In this document: piece after piece, positions 13,586-26,690 of the stretch
How the letters are laid out: every line of letters starts with the position of its first letter
Position numbering within the stretch: the stretch's first letter is position 1
NCBI RefSeq assembly: GCF_009914755.1
Contig: NC_060932.1
Direction: 5' to 3' (one strand)
Source of the DNA: the human T2T-CHM13v2.0 reference genome, Homo sapiens
Length of the DNA stretch: 64,000 nt
Made by a program: the position numbers and the translations under genes
The notes under the pieces: model-generated
Databases searched by the model: none
The model's input: the letters and a program-made list of their open reading frames with translations, nothing else
What the model was told of the DNA's origin: nothing

Positions 13586-14365
13586 GGCAAATGTAACTGT
13601 GGAGATCCAGTTCTTTTCCTTCTCTAGAGTTTTCTATTTTTGTTGTTGTTTTGATTGTTGTAAGATGGCTCTGTGCCAGAGACAGCCTAATGTATAAAGT
13701 CTTCTTCTTTTCAGAGCCTGTGCCTCTTTCTTGGCATGCACAGTAAATTCCATTGTATTTGTGGTTATTTTTGAATGTAAATAAGTGTTTGGCTTATTTA
13801 CATTCAAAATGTAAATAAGTGGCTTTTGTGTTTTTGTGTTTTAGTGGTTTTGGCTTAAGTGTTTGGCTCCCAAAGGTGGAAAAGAAAGATAAATGGGAAC
13901 AAAAAAGATACTCGTCACTGACCCGTTAACTCCCCTGGAAGTTCCTTCCACCAGAGGGAGAGGAGCTTGCAAAAATGACTGCCCACCTCTACAACTGCAT
14001 CTCTGAGATCAGAAGCAGTAATCATTGATCAGAGCACTAATCCATGATATTTAGAAAACAGATTCCTTTTTTTCCCCATCCTGGCTATTGCAAGTTGCAT
14101 GCAAGCTACTCCTAGACCACAGGCACAGCTGCCTGTCATAAGGCAGTCTGGGGGTGGAGGATGGGTGGCTGCTACCATGCTAAGAGGTGAAATTGACCAA
14201 AGTAAACTATAATTTATTGTCCAAGCCTTTCCAAGGACGTTGGAAGCTTTCAATAGACTCCAGAGTTCCAAAATAGTTATACAGAATCTGCTAGTGCACT
14301 TGTTGTCTAGTTATAGGGAAAGATTCCTGGTGCTTCCTACTCTGTCCCCTTCCCTCTAGCTCCAC
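12620..14365 (-). mobile_element. Old L1 (L1MC/L1MD-type) 5' UTR-ORF1 fragment
   Basis: ORF 12754-12948(-) MTENISNLIKYMNVNIQE...HIKIRMLKAKGKEIL...PIRL resembles L1 ORF1p; gtttctgatgagaaatctgct motif. Confidence 0.8.
13451..13585. repeat. Compound (TA)n/(TG)n microsatellite
   Basis: Seen directly. Confidence 0.95.
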
Positions 14366-15922
14366 TTTAAGTTTATTCTTCAGTGTTTAATAGTTTTGTC
14401 ATTATTGTGAGAGGTATTATTGTTCTTAATAGATAATTGATCATTTGCTACACTGTATTGTGATGATCTATCTATTTGTCTTTACCATATTGAATTTCTT
14501 GAGGTCAGGCACTGGGTTGGACTTACTTACCAGTGTATCTCCATTGCTGAGTATACTTCTTGGCACACAATTGGAGCTTAATATGCCTTTGCTTGATTAA
14601 TCATTCAATAAAGTAATAACTGAATTATGTGCTGCCAAAACCCATTGTTCCACCACTAAAAGGAAAATTCAGTGACCATATTTTGACCATATTTTGTCCA
14701 GCGTTTGGAACTAATCCTTTTGCTGCAGGGATAATTGAGTACTAGCTGAACAGAGTCCAAACCATATGCTCTGAAAAACATTTCTCTTTGTAAATGGCAG
14801 AAATAGTTCTGAGCCTTCTTATGGGATTTTGTGACAAGGTGGCTGCTTTGGGCAATGATGTTTTAATGCTTGCCCACCCCCTTGACTTTCCTAATGCTTC
14901 ACTGCAACCTGAAATGCCAGTCACTGATATGACCCCTATCTTTGTGTCCAAACTATATTCTTTCTGTAAGACTCAGTTCAATTGCCTCTGTCACATTAAG
15001 CCCAAGAAGGTTTTTGGTCCACTAAGCTTCAAGAAAATGCTTACTCTTCTGCAAATATAGAAAATTATGAAGTGTATGCTTATAGCTAATATAAACATAA
15101 ATGTTTACATATATTAGCTAATTTCTGTGTGCAGAAAATATTTTTAATGACAATTTGTCAAGTAAAGTTAAATGAAATAAAAATGATGTGAAGCGAAATG
15201 AAATAACATACAATGAAATGACACAAAGTGAAAGTTGCCAGGAGGTCTGTATAAGCATGCCTCACTCCATCACCGTTCATTCTCTCAAGGGTAGAAAGTC
15301 CAGTAAGTGAAGACAGTGAAGAGCAAACTTATACTGAACATTAATAATGTGTTAGACAATGCATTATATATTTTAATATATTCATAAATAAGGATACTAG
15401 CAAGAATACTAATATAACACATTTCATAATGGCTTCTGTTGAGTTGCTTTCATGTGTGTGGTATTTTACATACACTATATTTCTCAACTTTACATGACAG
15501 ATAACATATCAGAGATGAAAAGACTGAATCTCTGACTATATTCACTTGCCTAGGATAACTCAGATAATAAATTCCAAAGTTTGAAATTTAATCTAAGTCA
15601 GTCTAATCTTAATTCTCATACCTTAAAGCATTTATTACATTGTCTATATTTGGTTAAAATGTCAAGTTATACATTGTAAAAATCTGTAAACTTAACGTAC
15701 TACACAAATATTTACCGTTGCCATGGTTGATATTGTTGTTGCAGTTACTACTTTTTTTCTGGCCTCCCTCACCTGCAATTCAGTTTCGTTAGCAGAAGAA
15801 TGGTAATAATTTAAAAGTTATAAATAAAATATGTGAATTTTATGGAATATAGTGAATACTGATGAAGGGTTTTTCATTGTTATGATTTTAATTACTTATG
15901 TTTTCTGACTTAACTTTGACAG

Positions 15923-16333
<411 letters not shown>

Positions 16334-16461
16334 TGTCATCTAGGTTTTAAGCCCTGCATGCATTAGGTATTTGTCCTAATGCTGTCCCTCCCCTTGCCTC
16401 CCACCCCCTAACAGGCCCCGGTGTGTGATGTTCCCCTTCCTGTGTCCATGTGTTCTCACTG
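16334..16461 (-). mobile_element. L1PA7/8-like 3' UTR fragment
   Basis: gtcatctaggttttaagccctgcatgcattaggtatttgtcctaatgct...ggccccggtgtgtgatgttcccc. Confidence 0.85.
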
Positions 16462-16614
16462 AAGAAATAGAAATATATTTTATAAGTAAGTCATCAGGCA
16501 AACCAAACCCAACAATAACTTAGAGAAAAATGAAATGTAAGGTAGCAAAGTAAAATGATTGTGATATATGTGACATAATCCATATGACATAGTGTACATG
16601 ACATCAGCTGTTAA

Positions 16615-16983
<369 letters not shown>

Positions 16984-17587
16984 GGAAGTATACATTTTAA
17001 CAGCTCTACATAGTAGCTGCTGTCAGAATTCAAATGAAGATATCTACCTTTAAAGAACAGTGACTCCTGGGCTCTGTATCAGAACCAAAGCCCAGGTTTT
17101 TGGTTTACTTATATGAAAGAGAGGAAATCCTAAGGGAAAATGTACTAAACTGACAGCAAGGTTGTCCTAAACATCAGTTGTGGGGCAATGAAGTGCACTG
17201 AGGAAGAAAATGCAAGAATGCCCTCCTAAGATAATTTTTAAGGTGGAAAGTCATTTTCCAGGGTGAGCAGAGTGAAAGGTGGGGGTGTGCAATCCAGCAA
17301 ATTCCTCATGTTCTTTTGTGAAAAGTGAATTGATACTACTTCAGAGGGACTAATGAATTGGTAACAATCTACACAGGCATTTAGAAACACCAATCAGGTA
17401 CACGAGTTCAAAGCGTGTTGCTTCTGCAGAATGGGTGAAAGGGATAGGAGAGGTTTGCAGCGCCTTTTTATTTTCCTGTAACAAGCCATGGAGAGATATA
17501 GGACTTTGTAAATTCGGTACATACCTTAAATAAAATAAATATAGAAACTAAATGGAAGGAAAAGAGAGGAGGAAGGAACTTTGGCAA

Positions 17588-17721
17588 TTGATTTTAAATT
17601 CAATTGAAAGCAAAATTAATGAGTACTTACTCTGTATCAGGTGCTACAGATGAATGTAAATTTGAACCAGAAATTTGACATAGATAAGGCATGGCTCCTA
17701 CCATTGAGGAGCTCCAGGTGT
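17588..17721 (+). repeat. Direct duplication copy 2 of 15923-16057
   Basis: Sequence identity seen directly. Confidence 0.95.
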
Positions 17722-18444
17722 GTGTGTTTTTAAAAATATTATTTTTAATTTTGCTATTTACCTGATGGTAAGACTTTAGTAACTAGTTTAATTTTAAGAG
17801 GCTGCACCATGAATTTTGATGATGTGAAGGGAGAACTTTGTTGAAATAAAAGTGCATTGAAACTCCTTATTGATTTTTGTACTCTCCTCCTGGGAATGGG
17901 GTTCCTATGAAACAGGAGATATTTCCATAACCACAGGTTGGCAAACTCTTAATTGAGATAAACCAGAACAATCTTGCTTTGGTTTCTCTTCTGACACAGA
18001 TTCCAGGTTTCTTAGACAAATTGGGCAGTGTAGAATCTGAAGAGAATATTTTATGAAGTAATTGTTTGCTTACAAATATATTTGGGCATCAGCAGAGGTG
18101 AGAGAAGGTTTCACATTACAGGACTGACAGCTCACTGACATTCTGTGGGTTTTCCTTTGATCTGTTAATGTGCAAAGCTTTCAGTGAATTTGATCTGAAA
18201 ATGATATATTGGGCATTTTCTTGCCAGAATGTATAATCTTCTAACATGATGTCTTCAGTAGCAGCACATGTAATGAAGCTGTCTGGGCCAAGACGGTGAT
18301 ATTTTCGGGATAACTCTAAGTTTGATGAAATAGGATTGTGGAGGAAAGGAAGTGAAAGTGTACCCTGTTGCAAATGAAACCAGGAGGAAAAAAAGATATT
18401 TCAAGACGAAGTTGCATGCAGGATACAAAGTCAAGGTTACTCCA

Positions 18445-18655
18445 TAAAAAGAACATGGATTTTGAGTCCAACAAGCTTGGGTTTAAATCCTGGCTTAACT
18501 TTGCCTTGTGACCTTGGCCAAATAAAAGTCCGTCTCTTCTGATGGACTTTTATGTTTCCCATGAAATGTGGAAGATAAATCATATAAGATTGTGAAGATT
18601 AGAAATTTTGATGCAAAAAGCCTAACATTGTACCTGGTAGGCATTCAATAAATAT
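18445..18655 (+). mobile_element. MIR SINE
   Basis: aaagaacatggattttgagtcc...gggtttaaatcctggct...gtgaccttggccaa...gcattcaataaat. Confidence 0.7.
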
Positions 18656-20934
18656 CACATCTACGCATACACATACACATACATGCACACGTACCTGCAC
18701 GTACCCACACACTCACACGAAGGTGGCAATCAGTAAGGAGAAGACATAGTCAGATCCTACCCCAGGGAAGTCTTTCTGCCTCTTTCTTTCTGCTCTGCTT
18801 CTATTATATATTTCTTGGAACATCCACCTCTACTCTTTTGCTGTCTCTGTCTGTTCACTTAACATCTTACCAAGGTTACCAGCTGATGTCACTGAAAAGA
18901 AATGTACGCAGTGTAACCCCCTCCTTGAGCAGAGCTCATGATTCAGTAGGGAACACAAAGTGGGGAAAAAAGTCATAGTGCAATATAATTGCTTTACTAG
19001 ATGTAAGGACGTGATGCAGACCACCAGATAGCGGATCCTCAACTCAGAGTGAAACAGAACATTTTAACAATGGGATGGGATTGGGGTGAAGCTCCAGGTA
19101 GAAGGAGATGACTGTGGGTTCCATCACTGTTGTTTCCAAAATGTGTTCCGGGTGTAAGCTGTCATATGTGTGGCTGGACATGTTTAATGCAAGGCTGCTT
19201 CATGACCTGGCATAAACAATTATCTTAATTGCAGGACTGTTTAGGATGGCCAAGAAAGAGGTGCTCATATAAATCTGCTTGCTTGCTTGCTTTTCTTTCT
19301 CATTTTTCCTTTCTTATGTTCTCCATTTTGACCCATCTATTCCACTTCGTCAAGACCAAAATTCCATCTCCAGGCTTTCCTCCCATGTCCTTCCTTAAAA
19401 CTAACTTCTTTTTTCCTTTCTTTTCTTTTCTTTCTCTCCCTCTCTTTCTTTTCTCTTTCTCTCTGTTTCTTTCTTTCTGTCTTTCTCCATATGTTTTCAG
19501 AGTCATAAATCATGTCAGGTGCTGAAAATACAGAGGCGAAGAAAAGCTGTCCTTGCCCTTGACATGTTAAATATCTAGCAAGGAAGGCTTCCAAGATCTT
19601 AAATCAGAGGCAAGTATCTTAACTTAGAGACAAATAATGCTGAGTATTATAAAATGACCAAGAAACTTGCCTTTGATGTCAGAAGACCTGAAGGTTTCTG
19701 TACAAGTAGGTGGGGGAAGGGAGGATCTAAAGAGGTTTCTGAAAGGCATGGGAATAAGATTGTAGAAGAAACTTGTGGAAAGGAAGCATCCCAGGCTCAG
19801 GAGGTAAGTTAAGTCCTAGACTTTTGAAAGCAGAGATTTATATGGCGAATGGCAACTGAAACATTCTCCAAAGCACAATGATCTTACTAGGGAGCCACCT
19901 GTGAAGTGCACAATGCCCAGCTGTTTCTAGTTCCTGACATCAGTCACGGACACAGTCTGGTGCTGGGAGGGGCTCATCCACAGGATAGGCCGTGACACAT
20001 TAACCCAGAAACTGCTTGGTTTTAGGTGAAATAAGCCAGACCTTAATCATTCCATTTGATAATGGCTTCCTAATACTAGAAGTTCTCTTTTAAAACTGTG
20101 ACCCATTTCACAATTTACAAATAATTTTAAAGTGTTACCCCCTCCCTCTCCTTGGGGGATATGTAGTGTTATACCTGCTTTACAGATGAGGAATGCATAG
20201 CCCAGCAACCATACATCCAAGAGGGCCATGTGGAAACACAATCCAGAAGTTGGCAGAAGGGTCCAGGACAGCTGGTGAAATGGTGGTGCACCCTGATAGT
20301 TTGGGCATGGTTGAAGTTAGCAATTTAAAAGATGGTGCATTGTGGAGAGGAGCAGCTGTCAAAATTCAAAGGAAGATGATCTACCTTTAAAGAACAGTGA
20401 TCCCTCGGCTCTAGATCAGAATAAAAGCCCAGGTTTTAGGTTTACTTCATATGGGAGAGAAATCCTAAGGGAAAATGAACTAAAATATCAGCAAGGTAGT
20501 CCTCAACCTTAGTTGTAATGCCCTGAAGAGCATGAAGGAAGAAAATGGAAGAATGCCCTCTTAAGACAATTTTAAACATAGCCATTTTTTAGCATTGCTC
20601 CAAGACAAAAGCAGAAGGGCCATTGAAATAAATCTCTAGGTTTTTATACTCTCATGATTATCCAGGGTGGGACAAGAAAGCCAGTTAACAGCATGTTGAA
20701 AGGTCACTGCAAAAATACAGAGTCGACTCAGTTTTTCTTTCTTATGTTTACCATTTTGTCTCATTTATTTCCCTTTGTTATGTCAAGGCCAAAATTCTAA
20801 CTGCAAGCTTTCTTCTCAACCTGCTCCATCTCCCATGTTCCTTCTTAAGCAACCTGCTTATTTTCTTTCTGCTAGGTAATGTATAAAGAATTGCCTCTTA
20901 CCAATGTGAGTTCTTCATGTTAAACTCACAGTTA

Positions 20935-21420
20935 ACTATTGGATCTCAGGCATCAAAGGGGCATTAAAAGTTTACCTCGCATAGTCACTCACCCAGTGAT
21001 TGGCATGTGTCTATACCATCCTTGACAGATTGTCTGATAAAACTATACTTGGACAGCTACAGTGATAGGAAACACATTTCTAACTAAGTCTTCGTGTTCC
21101 CTCACTGGGCAGCTATTTATTACTAGAAATCTCGGCCTCCTGAATCCCATAGAGCAAGTCTGTCTTTACTTTGGCTTGAAGATCTTTCAAATAAATGATG
21201 TAATGCTATCTCTCTCCAACTCTGGAACAAAGTATTAAAAATCTCCCTCAGATTGAACATTCCCACTTCTTCCAACTGTTCTTATATGACATGTTTTAGG
21301 TTGTTCTCCACCTCACATTATATGAGTCACTCTATCCAAAATGGATCTCAGTTAAAAAGCTCAATAAGCCAAGTGGGTTCTGACATCACATTAACAGAAT
21401 ATAACTGCTAGTTCTTTATC
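20935..21420 (-). mobile_element. L3/CR1 LINE fragment
   Basis: accatccttgacagat...cttggacagctacagtgatagga...tgggcagct...tactagaaa and aacattcccacttcttccaactgttcttatatgacatg are typical antisense L3. Confidence 0.55.
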
Positions 21421-21479
21421 ATTTTTGCCTTTATAAGGTAATTTTTTAAAATATTGAACCTGGGTAAAAGTCAGTGTAT

Positions 21480-22037
21480 CTATAGTAAACATATATTCTT
21501 TCCTTTCCCGACAACCATTCTCATTGTGAGGCAATGGGCCCATTTGTTATTTGGAGATGCCTGCTCCCCAATTCTCATTCCACGTTGTTTGAGTCAGGTC
21601 TGCTCCAGTCCCACAGAAGGAGCAGGGACATGCCTACACCAGTCAGCAGGTCACAGTAATTGGCTCGACCGTGGACCCTTGACTTCAGTCAGTGAGATCA
21701 GAGTGGACTGAATAACTTCAACTGAGTGTATTTCAGGTGGCCATTTTTATGCTTGATTTAAGCTTAGAAAAGATGCAGCCTAGATGCCATATTGAGCCAA
21801 TTGGTGACTCTGAGACCTATTGGAAAATGGAGTCAGCATAGAGGAAGCAGAGCGAAGATACAGAGAGAAGATAAACCACAACCTGGTGGTATTGCTGAAG
21901 CATTGGAGCAAGCATATTTGAAGTCGGATGGATTCCTAGGTACTTGAGTTGTATACAGCAGTACATTCCCTTTTGTAGTCAAGTCAATTTCAATCCGTTT
22001 TTTAAAAAAATTTACACCAAAAGAATACTAATTAATA
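21480..22037 (+). mobile_element. MLT1J/K-like MaLR LTR
   Basis: agtcagcatagaggaagcagagc...gaagcattggagcaagc...acattccctttt...caccaaaagaatactaattaata. Confidence 0.6.
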
Positions 22038-23391
22038 AAAGATAATAGTACAGTCAAGAACTTAAGAAAGAATCTTAAAGATTCTTTGTGTTGGTTCTGA
22101 TGCAAGTTTATAGGCAATTTTCTGGGCCTGTTCAGCCATCAATAAAATGAATACCTTCATGTCCATTATCAGAGGAAATCCACACGGCTTCTCCAAAGAT
22201 GCTTTCAAGGACACTTCTAAAACATTAATATAGACATATGAATGACAGAAATTAATCCTGCTGCTCCTTGTTGATTTTGAAGATGCACATGGAGGCAACA
22301 GTGGGCTGACTCTCAAGACCTGGACAATAAAACTGCTGTACCCTTAAAGCATACCGGGGAAGCCAACACATAATATGCTCATAGAAAATTTATGTTAAAT
22401 GAACAAATGAATGACTAATTTATCCTAGTTATACCATTTTTCCAAACCTAGATCTTTGGAACTAATACATATTCAAGGACAGAAACATGAATAAGATATG
22501 GTCTCACCCACAGCCATCATGAGAGAGAGTTTCATGTGGTACTTACCTGACGGTTCCGATGGTAACCACATGGATGGTCTTAAGGAGGGGCAGTGCCCTG
22601 GCAAAGAGGTCATTGAGAAGACCAAAACACAGGTATCCACGATGCACAAAAACCACACCTAGGATGCACCGTTTTTCCAAAGCCCACTTTCGCTTCCCAA
22701 CCCTGTCCTACATCCAATACCATACAAGACTCAGACAAGCAATGGAGTCCCTTAAGAAGGTGGAGGGCTCCTCACAAGTCCTATAAAAGCATCATCTACC
22801 TGCTGTTGCAAAGCTGCTGGCCTAGTATGAGGCAGAGCAAGTCTCCCTGGAAAATTGCATCAGCTTACTCTGACTTAGAGGACTTAATGCATTTTTACAA
22901 ATGGAAATAATAAACCCTCAGGAAATATTATGAAAATGAACCTGTAAACACTGAAATTGAATCTAATCATGAACAAGTCATAGCTTAGACTAATGAAGAA
23001 TAAATTATGCTGAAATACGAACAAAATTTGTCCTTCAGTCTGATGGGGAAAAGGTGTCAGTAGGAGGCAAAACCCACACATGACTTTGGACTACAAGATA
23101 TAATTTGATGAGCCACTGCAAAACTCATCTCTAAACAGACTTATTTGGCTGTAAGTATAGGTCAACCACTAGAGCTAGAAAATAATCAAACCATATAACC
23201 TTTGCAGGAGCTACATTTCTTGCTCAAAACCTTTCTCATTTTTTTCTCTCTTATTCACTCTTTTCTGCTCAGGAAGCATGTAGGTTTGCTAATTCCTTGG
23301 GATACATTTCATCCAGACTTTATGATCTATAGGTCACCATTTTTTCCCCAGTCATATTGCTGATAACAATTTTGAATTTTCAAACCAGGTC

Positions 23392-23575
23392 TTTTTTTTT
23401 TTTTTTTTAACCATTTGATGAGCTTTTATGAATGGATCCACCCATATAAACATCATAGCATTCAGAAAATAGAATATTTTCATCACTCCATAAAGCTCCT
23501 TTACAATGCTTTGCTGAAAATTTCATACCCCTCTTCCCTGCCTACCAGACAAACACTGAATGCATTACTTTTTCA
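23392..23575 (-). other. L1 3'-transduced segment with its own poly(A) tail
   Basis: Lies between the L1 tail (23576-23620) and a T17 tract (23392-23408), inside the TSD; minus-strand CATAAA at 23425-23430. Confidence 0.8.
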
Positions 23576-25320
<1,745 letters not shown>

Positions 25321-25802
25321 TTATTACTTTCTCATTACCACAACATCTTTTATTTCTACTTGAATTGCAGATTCCATTTTGTGACATCATCTCTTCGTCT
25401 AGTTGTTGGCATTATCTGAAATACATTGTCTTTTGTATCTTTGGCTGACCAGATTGTTAACTTTTAAACTTTATTCTGAAGAATTTGCTTCATTTATACA
25501 TTTCCCCCATCTGTATATTTAAGCTGAATGCTATCCATGCTGTCTACATTCGTCTAGTCTTTCACACTGAGAATTCAAGTTTCCAAAGAAAATTTGTCCA
25601 TACAGAGAGATACCTCATGTCATATATCCCTACCTTTAACCACACACCCATAGCCACACAGAGTATGACCTGTCTCCATTATATTGTTCATATCCTTGGT
25701 CCTGAACCACTCACCCCCACCCATCCTGAGCCATACCAATTAATTTTTGTGTAGATTTGTCCCTATGATCTTTCTGGTTTTTTCCTTCTCTTAATCCAGG
25801 CT

Positions 25803-26690
25803 ATGGTAGCCAATCTCCAAGATGTCCTCCAGTGATTCTCACCTCCTGATTTTCATGCTCTTGAGTAAGGCTATAAGAAAAGAGATATTACAAAAATGAC
25901 GGTGTGACTTTCCAGGATAGGTCATGTATTCGTTCGTTCTCACACTGCTATGAATAGCCGAGACTGGGCAATTTATAAAGGAAAGAGGTTTAATTGACTT
26001 ATAGTTCTGCATGGCAGAGGAGGGCTCAGGAAACTTGCAATCATGGCAGAAGGCAAAGAAGATGCAGGCACCTTCTTCACAGGATGGCAGGACAGAGTGA
26101 GTACAAGCAGGGCAAATGCCTGATGCTTATAAAACCATCAGCTCCCCTGAGACTCACTCACTATCACAAGAGTAGCATGGGGGAAACCACCCCATGATCC
26201 AGTTACCTCTACCTGGTCCAGCCTCTGACGTGAGGATCATGGGGATTACAATCCAATATGAGATTTTGGGTGAGGAAACAGCCAAACCATATCAGGTCAG
26301 AAAAGTCAAAGTGGCTTTTGAGTTGCCCTCTAGGATCACTCAGTCTGGGAGATGCCAGCTGCCATGTTGTGAGGACACTCAAGCAGCCCTGTGGTGAGAT
26401 CCATATGGCAAGGAACTGAAGCCTCCTGCCAACAACCAGAAATAGCTTGTCAAACATGTGAGTGAGCCATCTTGGAAGTGGACCTGCTAGTCCCAGGCAA
26501 GCCTTCAAATGACTACAGTTCCAGCCAAAATTTTGACTGCAGTTTTACAAGTGATCCTGAGCCAGAAACACCCAGGCAAGCTGCTCATGGATTCCTGACC
26601 CGTAAAGTTAAGTAAAATAAGAAATGTTTATTGTTGTTTTTAGCCATTAAGTTTTGAGATAGTTACACAATAACAGATAGCAAATGCATG
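25803..26690 (+). mobile_element. MLT1E/F-like MaLR LTR interrupted by an MST/THE1 LTR
   Basis: tggtagccaatctccaagatg...; gccagctgccatgttgtgaggacactcaagcagccctgtgg; gccattaagttttgagatag...caataacagatagc. Confidence 0.8.
25925..26294 (-). mobile_element. MSTA/THE1D-like solo LTR
   Basis: tgtatt...ttctcacactgctat...cagccaaaccatatca; 5-bp TSD ggtca (25920-25924, 26295-26299). Confidence 0.92.

Noticed and set aside
18258-18275. tagcagcacat matching the miR-15 family 5' end
   Set aside because: Only 11 nt match, and there is no complementary 3' arm (tgtgctgc) at hairpin distance.
22540-22549. tacttacctg as a U1 snRNA pseudogene
   Set aside because: The match stops after 10 nt and is better explained as the reverse complement of a splice-donor motif.
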